From Fibrobacteria bacterium (GTDB lineage Bacteria > Fibrobacterota > Fibrobacteria > UBA11236), in assembly GCA_025360005.1 (NCBI GenBank), contig JANYDA010000001.1, positions 87,144 to 151,143 of the forward strand: DNA of 64,000 bases, read 5' to 3'. The translations under genes and the position numbers were made by a program. The notes below the pieces were generated by a model. The model had not been told where the DNA came from, did no database searches, and was given only the letters and a program-made list of their open reading frames with translations. The first letter of the stretch is position 1. Each line of letters starts with the position of its first letter. Positions 56,945 to 64,000 of this stretch are shown here, piece by piece.

Positions 56945-57412
56945 TCACCCGGGATTCCCATGGGATTTGTCGATGCTTGCTTGCACCATGCCCAGGAAAT
57001 TCGCAACGTCCACGCTCAGGAAAGGTTTCGCGAAAAGGCCATCCATCCCCGCTTTCATGCAACGATCCCGGTTTTCCTCCATCGCATCGGCCGTGACCGC
57101 GAAAATGGGAATCCGCTTTCGGCCCAGGAGAATTTCTTTTTTCCGGATCGCCATGGTGGTTTCGTAGCCATCCATGCCGGGCATCTGGCAGTCGAGTAAA
57201 ACGGCCGCGATGCCTCCCTGGTCCAGGAGTTCCAGGGCTTCAGCGCCGTCTTGGGCTATCTTCACGGACCAGCCCTGTTTCTGGAAAAGCATGGCGACGA
57301 TTTTCTGGCTCAAATAATTGTCTTCAGCCAGGAGGATTGTCTTTGCGACTGAGGAAGGCAACGCTGCAGAGGAGGACGCCGGCATCCGTTTGGAATCACC
57401 CTGGTTTTCCAC
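56945..57412 (-). CDS. Single-domain response regulator (CheY-like receiver)
   Basis: …TILLAEDNYLSQKI…AVLLDCQMPGMDGYETT…KPF… Divergent from the hybrid HK operon. Confidence 0.85.
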   Translation of the reverse strand: MENQGDSKRMPASSSAALPSSVAKTILLAEDNYLSQKIVAMLFQKQGWSVKIAQDGAEALELLDQGGIAAVLLDCQMPGMDGYETTMAIRKKEILLGRKRIPIFAVTADAMEENRDRCMKAGMDGLFAKPFLSVDVANFLGMVQASIDKSHGNPG

Positions 57413-57785
57413 TCTGACCCCGCTCCGATTCCGGATCCACCCGAAGGCAATAAAAGCTTAGCGCTATTGAGGGCTATTGCGCATCATCCAGCGATCCCGC
57501 GCCACCGGTTCCGAGCCGCGCATCCGATACCCCGTCACCGAATTGACGAAGATAACTCTACCCGCATCGCATCACAATTAATTCCCGCATTAAACTGGGA
57601 ATGGGAAAGTACAATCCGCACAGCGCGGAAAAAACCGTGCACTTTGTGCGTACCAAAACCCTATCCCGCAGAGGTTTTCGCAGAGGCAAATGAGGGAACA
57701 TATGTTACACCGATGACATTTACAAATCATTGATTGAGGTAGGCGTTGCGCGCCCCAAACCGTTGCCACGCTCCGGGAGCATTGA

Positions 57786-60158
57786 ATGGGTTTGTTCCGC
57801 ATCCTTCGATTCCAGGATCCCGCGAATCCCTCGAGGACTCCCCTTCCGGTAAACTTGGAAGGCATACCCTGCGAAGTCACCCATGTGGAAACCACGGCCG
57901 CATTCGAGGACGCGCTATCCCGGGGCTTCTTCAACCTGATACTATGCGAAGACGGTATTCCCGGGGGATGGGGGGATACCCAGGCAAAGCGGGTGTTTTC
58001 CACCGGCAAGGCCCACAGCGGCGGGGTACGCTGGCGGTTGCGCGGCGAAACGGAGTTCCGTTGGTCCTACTTCAAATCCGTCCCCATCCTGAACGGGGAT
58101 GGCAGCATCGGAATGGTGATTAACACCAGCGTGGACATCACCGAACTTAAAAAAAGCCAGCAGGCGCTCGAAGAGAAGGAGCGCTTCTTCGCCATGTCCT
58201 TGGACATGCTGTGCATCTTGGGTTTCGACGGCCATTTCAAGCAGCTGAATCCCGCTTGGGAAAAATGCCTGGGTTGGAGCAATGAGGAAATGCTTACCCG
58301 CCACAACAGCGAACTCATCCATCCGGAGGACAGCGAGCAGACGCTGGAAGCGGCGCGCAAGATGTTCCAGGGCGAAACCCCGATTTCATTCGAGAACCGC
58401 TACCTGTGCAAGGACGGGACCTACAGGTGGCTGCAATGGAACTCCACCGCGCATATGGAGGCCAAGGTGATTTTCGGCTTGGCGCGGGATATCACGGACC
58501 GAAAGCGCATTGATCAGGAGATCCTCAAGGCCAAGGAAAAAGCGGAGGAATCGAGCCGCGCCAAGGGCAGGTTCCTGGCCAATATGAGCCATGAAATCCG
58601 CACGCCCATGAACGGCATCATGAGCATGGCCGGATTGCTGGCGGATATGGACTTGGATGAAAAGCAAAAGCATTTCGTACGCATCATCCAGACTTCCGGG
58701 AATTCCCTGCTGCGTATCATCAACGACGTTCTGGATTTTTCCAAAATAGAACAAGGGAAGCTCCAGCTCTATGAAAAGCCGTTCCACCTACCTGAAACGG
58801 TTTCCGACGTGGTAGCGCTTTTGGAAACCCAGGCGGAGGAAAAGGGCTTGGATCTAAGCTGGTCGTTCGCGCCGGGTATGCCCAACAGCTATCAAGGGGA
58901 TGCGGGGCGGTTGCGGCAGGTCCTGATCAACCTGCTCGGGAATGCCATCAAGTTCACGCTCAAGGGGAAGGTGGATCTTCGCGTAATGGCATCCGCTCGG
59001 GGGGACGATGGGGTGCTGCTCCGATTCGAAATCGAAGATACCGGTATCGGGATCAATTCGGAGACGGAGGCCAAACTGTTCCAGGCCTTTTCGCAATCCG
59101 ATACTTCCGACACCCGGCGCTTCGGCGGCACTGGATTGGGATTGGCGATCTGCAAACAACTGGTCGGATTATTACGGGGGGAAATAGGATATGCCAAGCG
59201 GTCGGGACAGGGCAGCATCTTCTGGTTCACGGCGCGCATGGGCATCCATGATCCGAAAAAGGACGTGGATCCCCGGGTGCGGGCGCAGCCTCTTCCGCCG
59301 GCGCCGGAAAACCTTCCCCCCCTGAAAATCCTGGTGGCGGAAGACAACAGGATCAATCAAATGGTGGTCCTCAGCCTGTTGGAAAGGCTGGGGCAGCGCG
59401 CTGATCTGGCGGTCAATGGCCGCCAAGCGCTGGAGGCCTGCCACCTCCAGGACTATGATCTCATCTTGATGGACTGCCAGATGCCGGAGATGGACGGCTA
59501 TACGGCATCCAACAGTATCCGCCATCTGGAAAGGAAGAATCAAAAGAAGCGCGCATTCATAGTAGCCATGACCGCGGACGCCCAAACCGGTACGCGGGCA
59601 AGATGCGAGGCCGCCGGCATGGACGGCTACATCAGCAAGCCCATCATGACCCAATCCCTCCAGGAAGCGATCGCGAAAACGTATTCGGGAACGGAGCAGG
59701 AGGAATTCCACGGTAAACCCGATGAAAGCGAAGTCCCGTCCGCCGCGGATGATTTGGACCAGCGCATTCTGAACCGGCTCCGGGCCCTTTCCGAGGATGA
59801 TGAAGCCGGAATGTTCCTGGAGTTGGTCTCCGGCTTTCTGGAGCAATCGGCGGAGAAAAGCGCGGAACTGAAAAGGCTTCTGGGCGCACAGGATTATCCC
59901 GCCCTGGGAAAGGCGGCGCATGGGTTGAAAGGACTGAGCCTGAATTTCGGGGCCGCGGCCATGGCCAGGAAATGCGATTCGCTTCAGTCCGCGGCGAAGA
60001 TCGAGGACAGGCAAAGCGCTCTGGAAATCCTCTCCGGATTGGATGCCGCTTTGGCAAGGACGCGCGTCGCCCTATCCGGTCTCTCCGGCCTGGGCGGGCA
60101 GGGATGGGATATTTCAACGCCGGCTTCGCAACCGGAGAAAAGAGAGGCCGATGGCTAA
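57786..60158 (+). CDS. Hybrid sensor histidine kinase: PAS + HisKA/HATPase + receiver + Hpt
   Basis: PAS region; H-box ANMSHEIRTPMNGIMSMAGLL; G-boxes …EDTGIGI…GGTGLGLAICKQLV…; receiver ILVAEDNRINQ…LMDCQMPEMDGY…; C-terminal Hpt …GKAAHGLKGLSLNFGA. The first ~60 aa of the track ORF may not be translated. Confidence 0.9.
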   Translation: MGLFRILRFQDPANPSRTPLPVNLEGIPCEVTHVETTAAFEDALSRGFFNLILCEDGIPGGWGDTQAKRVFSTGKAHSGGVRWRLRGETEFRWSYFKSVPILNGDGSIGMVINTSVDITELKKSQQALEEKERFFAMSLDMLCILGFDGHFKQLNPAWEKCLGWSNEEMLTRHNSELIHPEDSEQTLEAARKMFQGETPISFENRYLCKDGTYRWLQWNSTAHMEAKVIFGLARDITDRKRIDQEILKAKEKAEESSRAKGRFLANMSHEIRTPMNGIMSMAGLLADMDLDEKQKHFVRIIQTSGNSLLRIINDVLDFSKIEQGKLQLYEKPFHLPETVSDVVALLETQAEEKGLDLSWSFAPGMPNSYQGDAGRLRQVLINLLGNAIKFTLKGKVDLRVMASARGDDGVLLRFEIEDTGIGINSETEAKLFQAFSQSDTSDTRRFGGTGLGLAICKQLVGLLRGEIGYAKRSGQGSIFWFTARMGIHDPKKDVDPRVRAQPLPPAPENLPPLKILVAEDNRINQMVVLSLLERLGQRADLAVNGRQALEACHLQDYDLILMDCQMPEMDGYTASNSIRHLERKNQKKRAFIVAMTADAQTGTRARCEAAGMDGYISKPIMTQSLQEAIAKTYSGTEQEEFHGKPDESEVPSAADDLDQRILNRLRALSEDDEAGMFLELVSGFLEQSAEKSAELKRLLGAQDYPALGKAAHGLKGLSLNFGAAAMARKCDSLQSAAKIEDRQSALEILSGLDAALARTRVALSGLSGLGGQGWDISTPASQPEKREADG

Positions 60159-60531
60159 AAAGGGACGGGTTCTGGTGATTGATGATGAAAAATTGATCGT
60201 CAAAACCACATGCATCCTCCTGAGGCATTTGGGGTACGAGACCCTGGAGGCTTACGGCGGCGAGTCGGGATTCACCATGGCCAAGGAAGGTAAGCCCACG
60301 CTCATCCTCCTGGACCTGGTGATGCCCGGCATGGATGGCTGGGAGGTATTGCGGAAACTCCGGGCGGATCCCGAAATGGCGAATGTCCCCGTGGTGATTT
60401 TCACCGCGAAGGAATACGCCAACGCCGAAGTGGTCGGCAACCTGCAAGGCGCCATCGGCCATATCGGAAAGCCCTTCGAGCCCGAGGATTTGGAAGAGGT
60501 CTTGCGGAAAATAGAGGGCGGCGATGCCTAA
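60151..60531 (+). CDS. Single-domain response regulator (receiver only)
   Basis: MAKKGRVLVIDDEKLIVK…LILLDLVMPGMDGWEVL…GKPF. The start overlaps the hybrid HK stop by 8 nt. The track ORF 60043-60531 extends upstream of the likely ATG. Confidence 0.85.
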   Translation: MAKKGRVLVIDDEKLIVKTTCILLRHLGYETLEAYGGESGFTMAKEGKPTLILLDLVMPGMDGWEVLRKLRADPEMANVPVVIFTAKEYANAEVVGNLQGAIGHIGKPFEPEDLEEVLRKIEGGDA

Positions 60532-61603
60532 TCCCATGATAGTCGACTATGAGGGACTGAAGAAAATCCTCGATCAGTTTTCCTGCGGCGTTATCCTTGC
60601 CGGCGAGGACGGCGAAATCCTGGTTTGCAACGGCAAGGCTCCCGCGTTGTTGCAAACCGATCCCATCGACCTGATGGAAAGAGGGGTGGCTGCCGCGCCC
60701 GCCTGGTCCGGCCTGGCATCCGCGATCCGTTCCGCCTGCCAAACCCAACAGCTCCGGCAATCGGTGGAAGCGTCCCATGACGGCAAGCGCTTTTCCATTA
60801 CCGTGGTGAGGGACGGCCTCTGCGTTTACGGCAAGGCCTGCATTGTGGCCATGATTGACGACATCACCCGCCAGAAAGATCTCGAAGAGTTATGCTCGGG
60901 GTTCTTTTCCGAATTTCTAAGGCGCATAAAAGGCCCGCTGACCTCGGTGAAAACCGCCTTGTCCGTTCTCAGCTCGGACCAATACGCTTCCCTGGACACC
61001 GAGGCGCGCGAAGTGGCCAATCTTGGCCATGAAGAAGTACGCCGTCTGCACGCGCTACTGTCCGACATGGGGGATCTTTTCGCCCTGGACAGCCCTAACG
61101 CGGCCACGGATCTTTTTCTGGAGAACGTCGAGGTCCGCTCCGTCATTAACCGTTGCTTGCGCCGGGTGCAGAAGGGGCCTCACGGGCTGGACCGCAGGAT
61201 TGCGATTGCTTTGCCGGAAGGCGGGCCGCCCTTGTGTCTGGTGGCCGACTACGAAAAACTGGGGTTAGTCCTTTACCATCTTCTGGAAAATGCCTTGGCT
61301 TATTCTCCCGCTTCCGAGGCGGTGTACATCAAGGCCGCCCAGGCGGAAGGCATGATCGAGATCCGTGTCGAGGATCAGGGGATCGGGATCTCCCCTGCGG
61401 ATATGCCGCAGGTTTTCAACCGGTTTTTCCGGTCCTCCGATCCCGCGGCCGCCAAATCGGAAGGGGGCGGCCTGGGGCTGTTCCTGGCCAGGGGCTTTAC
61501 CCGGCTCATGGGCGGCACGCTGGTGCTGGAAAGCCGGCTTGGGAAGGGCACTACTGCGGTGATCCGCCTTCCCCGCCCCACCGAGGGGGGATGGATAGAA
61601 TGA
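60524..61603 (+). CDS. Histidine-kinase-like protein with intact HATPase_c but lacking the conserved phospho-acceptor His (candidate pseudokinase)
   Basis: PAS-like N-terminus. At the H-box position the sequence reads FFSEFLRRIKGPLTSV (60911-60943), where the SHELRTPLT consensus has become LRRIKGPLT with His replaced by Arg. N-box HLLENALAY; G-boxes DQGIGI…GGGLGLFLARGF… 8-nt overlap with the upstream RR. Confidence 0.65.
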   Translation: MPNPMIVDYEGLKKILDQFSCGVILAGEDGEILVCNGKAPALLQTDPIDLMERGVAAAPAWSGLASAIRSACQTQQLRQSVEASHDGKRFSITVVRDGLCVYGKACIVAMIDDITRQKDLEELCSGFFSEFLRRIKGPLTSVKTALSVLSSDQYASLDTEAREVANLGHEEVRRLHALLSDMGDLFALDSPNAATDLFLENVEVRSVINRCLRRVQKGPHGLDRRIAIALPEGGPPLCLVADYEKLGLVLYHLLENALAYSPASEAVYIKAAQAEGMIEIRVEDQGIGISPADMPQVFNRFFRSSDPAAAKSEGGGLGLFLARGFTRLMGGTLVLESRLGKGTTAVIRLPRPTEGGWIE

Positions 61604-63438
61604 AGGAAGGGGGCGAGGCCGACGACTTGATGCAGGGGCTTCAGGAGGAAATCGATCGGCTGGAAAAACTTCGGCATGTGGCGGCGATGGAGGAAAAGCC
61701 GGCGGGGCCGGCCAACCCCGATCGGGAAACGGTTTCTTGTATCCACGTGAAGGACGGCGGTTCCCTCAACCCCTCCTTTCTTAAAGGGATCGAGTTCGCG
61801 CGCCTGACCGTGGAATATAAACTTGAAGCCCTGCTTCCCTCCCAATTCCTTTTCCTGGCGGAAGTGGAAAAGGACGGAGTGATAGCCAACCGGGATAACC
61901 GGAGAAAATGCGAGCTGAGTCCCGGGGAAAATATTTCTTCCCGTATCGTAGCAGGCCTGGAAAGGTATCAGGCCAAGGTACGGGGACGGGTGATTGCCAT
62001 CGGCGATCAATTCCACATCCTTCCCTCGGACGTGGACGGAAAGATGGTTTCCCGGAAGGATGCCACGAATTTATCCGCCTATCTCGACGTCTACCCCGCT
62101 TTCGGCAGCGGACGCGTGACCGATTTGGCGGCGGTCAGGGAATTCCTGGAAAAGAACAACATCCGCTACGGCATTCGGGAAGGCGCGATCCTGGAAGCGC
62201 TCGAAAGCTGCGGCAAAACCCGGAAGCCCGTCAAGGATGTGCTCGTCTCCAAAGGATTCCCACCGGTGGACGGAAAACCCGGTTCCATCGAATATCTCTT
62301 CGATCGGAATTTCCAAGGTCCCCTGCACCTTGATTTGAACAATGAAGGCAAGGTCGATTTCCGGAACGTGAAATGGATTCCGGTGGTGACCCAGGATCAG
62401 TTGCTGGCGCGCATCACCTCCGCCGTTCCCGGTACCGATGGCGTGGACGTTACCGGCCGCAGCCTGCCTCCCAAGCCGATCCCCAAGTCCTATTTGGTAC
62501 CCGGTAGAAACGTGCGCACGGAGAAGGAGGAAACCGAATTCTATTCGGAAATCAACGGGTGCGTGCAGCTGAACGGATCCCTGCTGGACGTCATGAACGT
62601 CTTCGTGGTCAATTCGGATGTCGATTACCATACCGGGAACATCACCTTTGAAGGCAATATCATGATCACGGGAAGCGTGCGCAAAGGGTTCGAAGTAGCG
62701 GCGGATGGCGATATCCTGGTTCTGGAAAACGTGGAACCCTGCAAAGTCAAAGCCGGAAGGGACATCCACGTCAAGGGCGGCGCCCTGGGCGCGGGCAAGG
62801 GCCAGTTCCGGTTGGAGGCGGGACGGGACATTTCCGTGGGGTATTCGGAAAACGCCTGGCTCGAGGCCCATGGAGACATAGTAGTGGAAAACTTTTCCCT
62901 GCAAAGCTTCCTGTATTGCAGCGGCCGGATCCTCCTGGAGAAAAAAAAGGGGTCTTTGTTGGGCGGCGAAGCCATCGCCGCCAAGGGCGTCGAAGCCAAA
63001 TCCTTCGGGTCATCCTCGGGAATCAAAACCCACGTGGCCACCGGGGTCGATTATGCCCTCAAACGCCAGCAGGCATCGCTTGCGCGCCAGGCTTCCGAAT
63101 TGAATGAGGCCATGGCCAAGATCGATCGGTTCCTCCGTTCCCTGCTCGAGCTTTCCAGCCGCGGCGCCCTCCATCCTTCCAAAGCGCAAGCCCTCAAGGA
63201 GATCGTGGAAAAGCGCAGGCAGATTTCCAAAGCCCATGCGGCCATCACCACGCGAAGCCAGGAATTGGAATACCAACAGGAAAACCTGGAGCCGGGCCGG
63301 ATAAAAGCCATTGAAATAGTCCACCCGGAAGTATTCATTTCCATCCGCGGGCGGACCGTTAAGGTGGTAGAGTCCCACTACCGATCGCTTTTCCGCCTGG
63401 ACGAGAAAACCGACCAGATCATACGCGGACCCGCCTGA
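61600..63438 (+). CDS. FapA/DUF342-family protein (N-terminal FapA domain, beta-helix repeats, C-terminal coiled coil)
   Basis: The track ORF starts at 61153 in a frame overlapping the HK-like gene; the likely start is MKEGGEADD at 61600, an ATGA overlap with the upstream stop. Beta-helix repeat region …DVDYHTGNITFEGNIMITGSVRKGFEVAADGDILVLENVEPCKVKAGRDIHVKGGALG… and a C-terminal coiled coil. Confidence 0.65.
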   Translation: MKEGGEADDLMQGLQEEIDRLEKLRHVAAMEEKPAGPANPDRETVSCIHVKDGGSLNPSFLKGIEFARLTVEYKLEALLPSQFLFLAEVEKDGVIANRDNRRKCELSPGENISSRIVAGLERYQAKVRGRVIAIGDQFHILPSDVDGKMVSRKDATNLSAYLDVYPAFGSGRVTDLAAVREFLEKNNIRYGIREGAILEALESCGKTRKPVKDVLVSKGFPPVDGKPGSIEYLFDRNFQGPLHLDLNNEGKVDFRNVKWIPVVTQDQLLARITSAVPGTDGVDVTGRSLPPKPIPKSYLVPGRNVRTEKEETEFYSEINGCVQLNGSLLDVMNVFVVNSDVDYHTGNITFEGNIMITGSVRKGFEVAADGDILVLENVEPCKVKAGRDIHVKGGALGAGKGQFRLEAGRDISVGYSENAWLEAHGDIVVENFSLQSFLYCSGRILLEKKKGSLLGGEAIAAKGVEAKSFGSSSGIKTHVATGVDYALKRQQASLARQASELNEAMAKIDRFLRSLLELSSRGALHPSKAQALKEIVEKRRQISKAHAAITTRSQELEYQQENLEPGRIKAIEIVHPEVFISIRGRTVKVVESHYRSLFRLDEKTDQIIRGPA

Positions 63439-63510
63439 ATCGATCCGGCGCACCGGTTCCTCAAAGGGAGAGGATGGCGCAGGACTCCCTATTTGAAGCG
63501 CACTACCGCG

Positions 63511-64000
63511 CTACTCCTTCGCCACCTTCACTTGGACGCCACTTTGCCCGGCCACCTTAAGGCGTACGATATAGGTTCCCCCGGGGATTCGCCGGGCCGC
63601 CCAGTTGGTGGTATAGGTCCCGGCTTTTGCGCGCCCATCCAGGATTACCGCCGCCCGGCCGCCCTTTACATCGAATACTTCCAGCCTTACCGCCACCAGT
63701 TCGGTCGCTCCCTTGGGAATGGAATAGGTGATGGCCAGGTTTCCGGAGGAACGGGAAACGCTCAGCCGCGCCCTTTGCGGGCCCGCGCCCGCCTGCGCAT
63801 TCGGCACGATGCCGGTGGTGGAATAGGAACCGGTCAGGAAAACCGAATGCAATGCGGCCAGGTTCAGGCGCACCCTGGTGATGACGGCGCCGCCCTCGGT
63901 CACCTGCGTGTATTCGGGAGTGGATATGGCGCCGGTATGCGGATCCCATTGCTGCGGCGTGAAGCTGCCCCGCAAGCGCGCGAAGGCGTTCACGGTAGCC
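63511..64000 (-). CDS. C-terminal portion of a secreted protein ending in a T9SS-type sorting-domain-like tail (partial; N-terminus beyond the window)
   Basis: …LVAVRLEVFDVKGGRAAVILDGRAKAGTYTTNWAARRIPGGTYIVRLKVAGQSGVQVKVAKE*. The ORF runs off the window end. Confidence 0.55.
   Translation of the reverse strand, partial: ATVNAFARLRGSFTPQQWDPHTGAISTPEYTQVTEGGAVITRVRLNLAALHSVFLTGSYSTTGIVPNAQAGAGPQRARLSVSRSSGNLAITYSIPKGATELVAVRLEVFDVKGGRAAVILDGRAKAGTYTTNWAARRIPGGTYIVRLKVAGQSGVQVKVAKE

Noticed and set aside
61153-61599. N-terminal 149 codons of the 761-aa track ORF
   Set aside because: This stretch overlaps the HK-like gene in another frame and is Gly/Arg/Pro-rich. The FapA-like protein most plausibly starts at ATG 61600, in an ATGA overlap with the upstream stop.

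Overview
GC-rich bacterial chromosomal segment with dense coding on both strands. By eye the GC content is about 60-65%, apart from one conspicuous ~230-bp AT-rich island. Several secreted proteins end in T9SS-type C-terminal sorting-domain-like tails, and three copies of the Fibrobacter-type TIGR02147 family are present. From these I infer an FCB-superphylum-like diderm. This is inference, not proven.

Content from left to right:
- 1-1667: an OmpR-type two-component system on the minus strand.
- 1925-6294: a dlt-like four-gene operon (carrier protein, MBOAT, DltD-like SGNH protein, DltA-like adenylase).
- 6322-12862: a long co-directional minus-strand array of an MMPL exporter, two tandem [TIGR02147 + lipoprotein] modules and a small acidic tandem-repeat lipoprotein. 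A third TIGR02147 + LamG-lipoprotein pair lies at 30.5-32.7 kb.
- 12863-13126: the AT-rich divergent promoter island.
- 13127-13909: an outer-membrane barrel protein.
- 15036-20399: a czcCBA-like outer-membrane factor / membrane-fusion protein / RND heavy-metal efflux operon.
- 20536-22061: a type-I phosphodiesterase.
- 22062-22615: a truncated and frameshifted FtsX/MacB C-terminal pseudogene fragment, next to tRNA-Lys(CUU) with its terminator.
- 22675-23643: a XerC/XerD-type recombinase.
- 23788-29924: PQQ-type sugar dehydrogenase, HTTM-domain protein with an overlapping partner, an SDR/HxlR divergent pair with a palindromic operator, and a secreted internally duplicated protein.
- 29925-30530: a ~600-bp non-coding region with a 16-bp perfect palindrome and a terminator-like hairpin.
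- 32762-34329: an ECF-sigma/YciI pair.
- 35527-35800: a receiver-domain remnant with in-frame stops.
- 35803-40662: a NarL-type response regulator and a 1359-aa MASE1-PAS-HK-REC-REC-Hpt hybrid kinase.
- 40854-56924: a secreted carbohydrate-active locus (two alginate-lyase-family proteins, GH95, a CBM-bearing protein, an outer-membrane barrel, an FG-GAP protein, a second PQQ sugar dehydrogenase, and a DUF1080 + TIM-barrel pair).
- 56945-63438: a signalling operon of hybrid HK, single-domain RR, an HK-like protein lacking the phospho-acceptor His, and a FapA/DUF342 protein, with 4-8-nt gene overlaps.

Many long ORFs in the six-frame track are antisense shadow ORFs typical of high-GC DNA and were rejected. 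No CRISPR array, rRNA or obvious transposase was seen.

The strongest candidates for an undescribed system are the TIGR02147/lipoprotein/MMPL array abutting the dlt-like operon, and the HK / RR / His-less HK / FapA operon.
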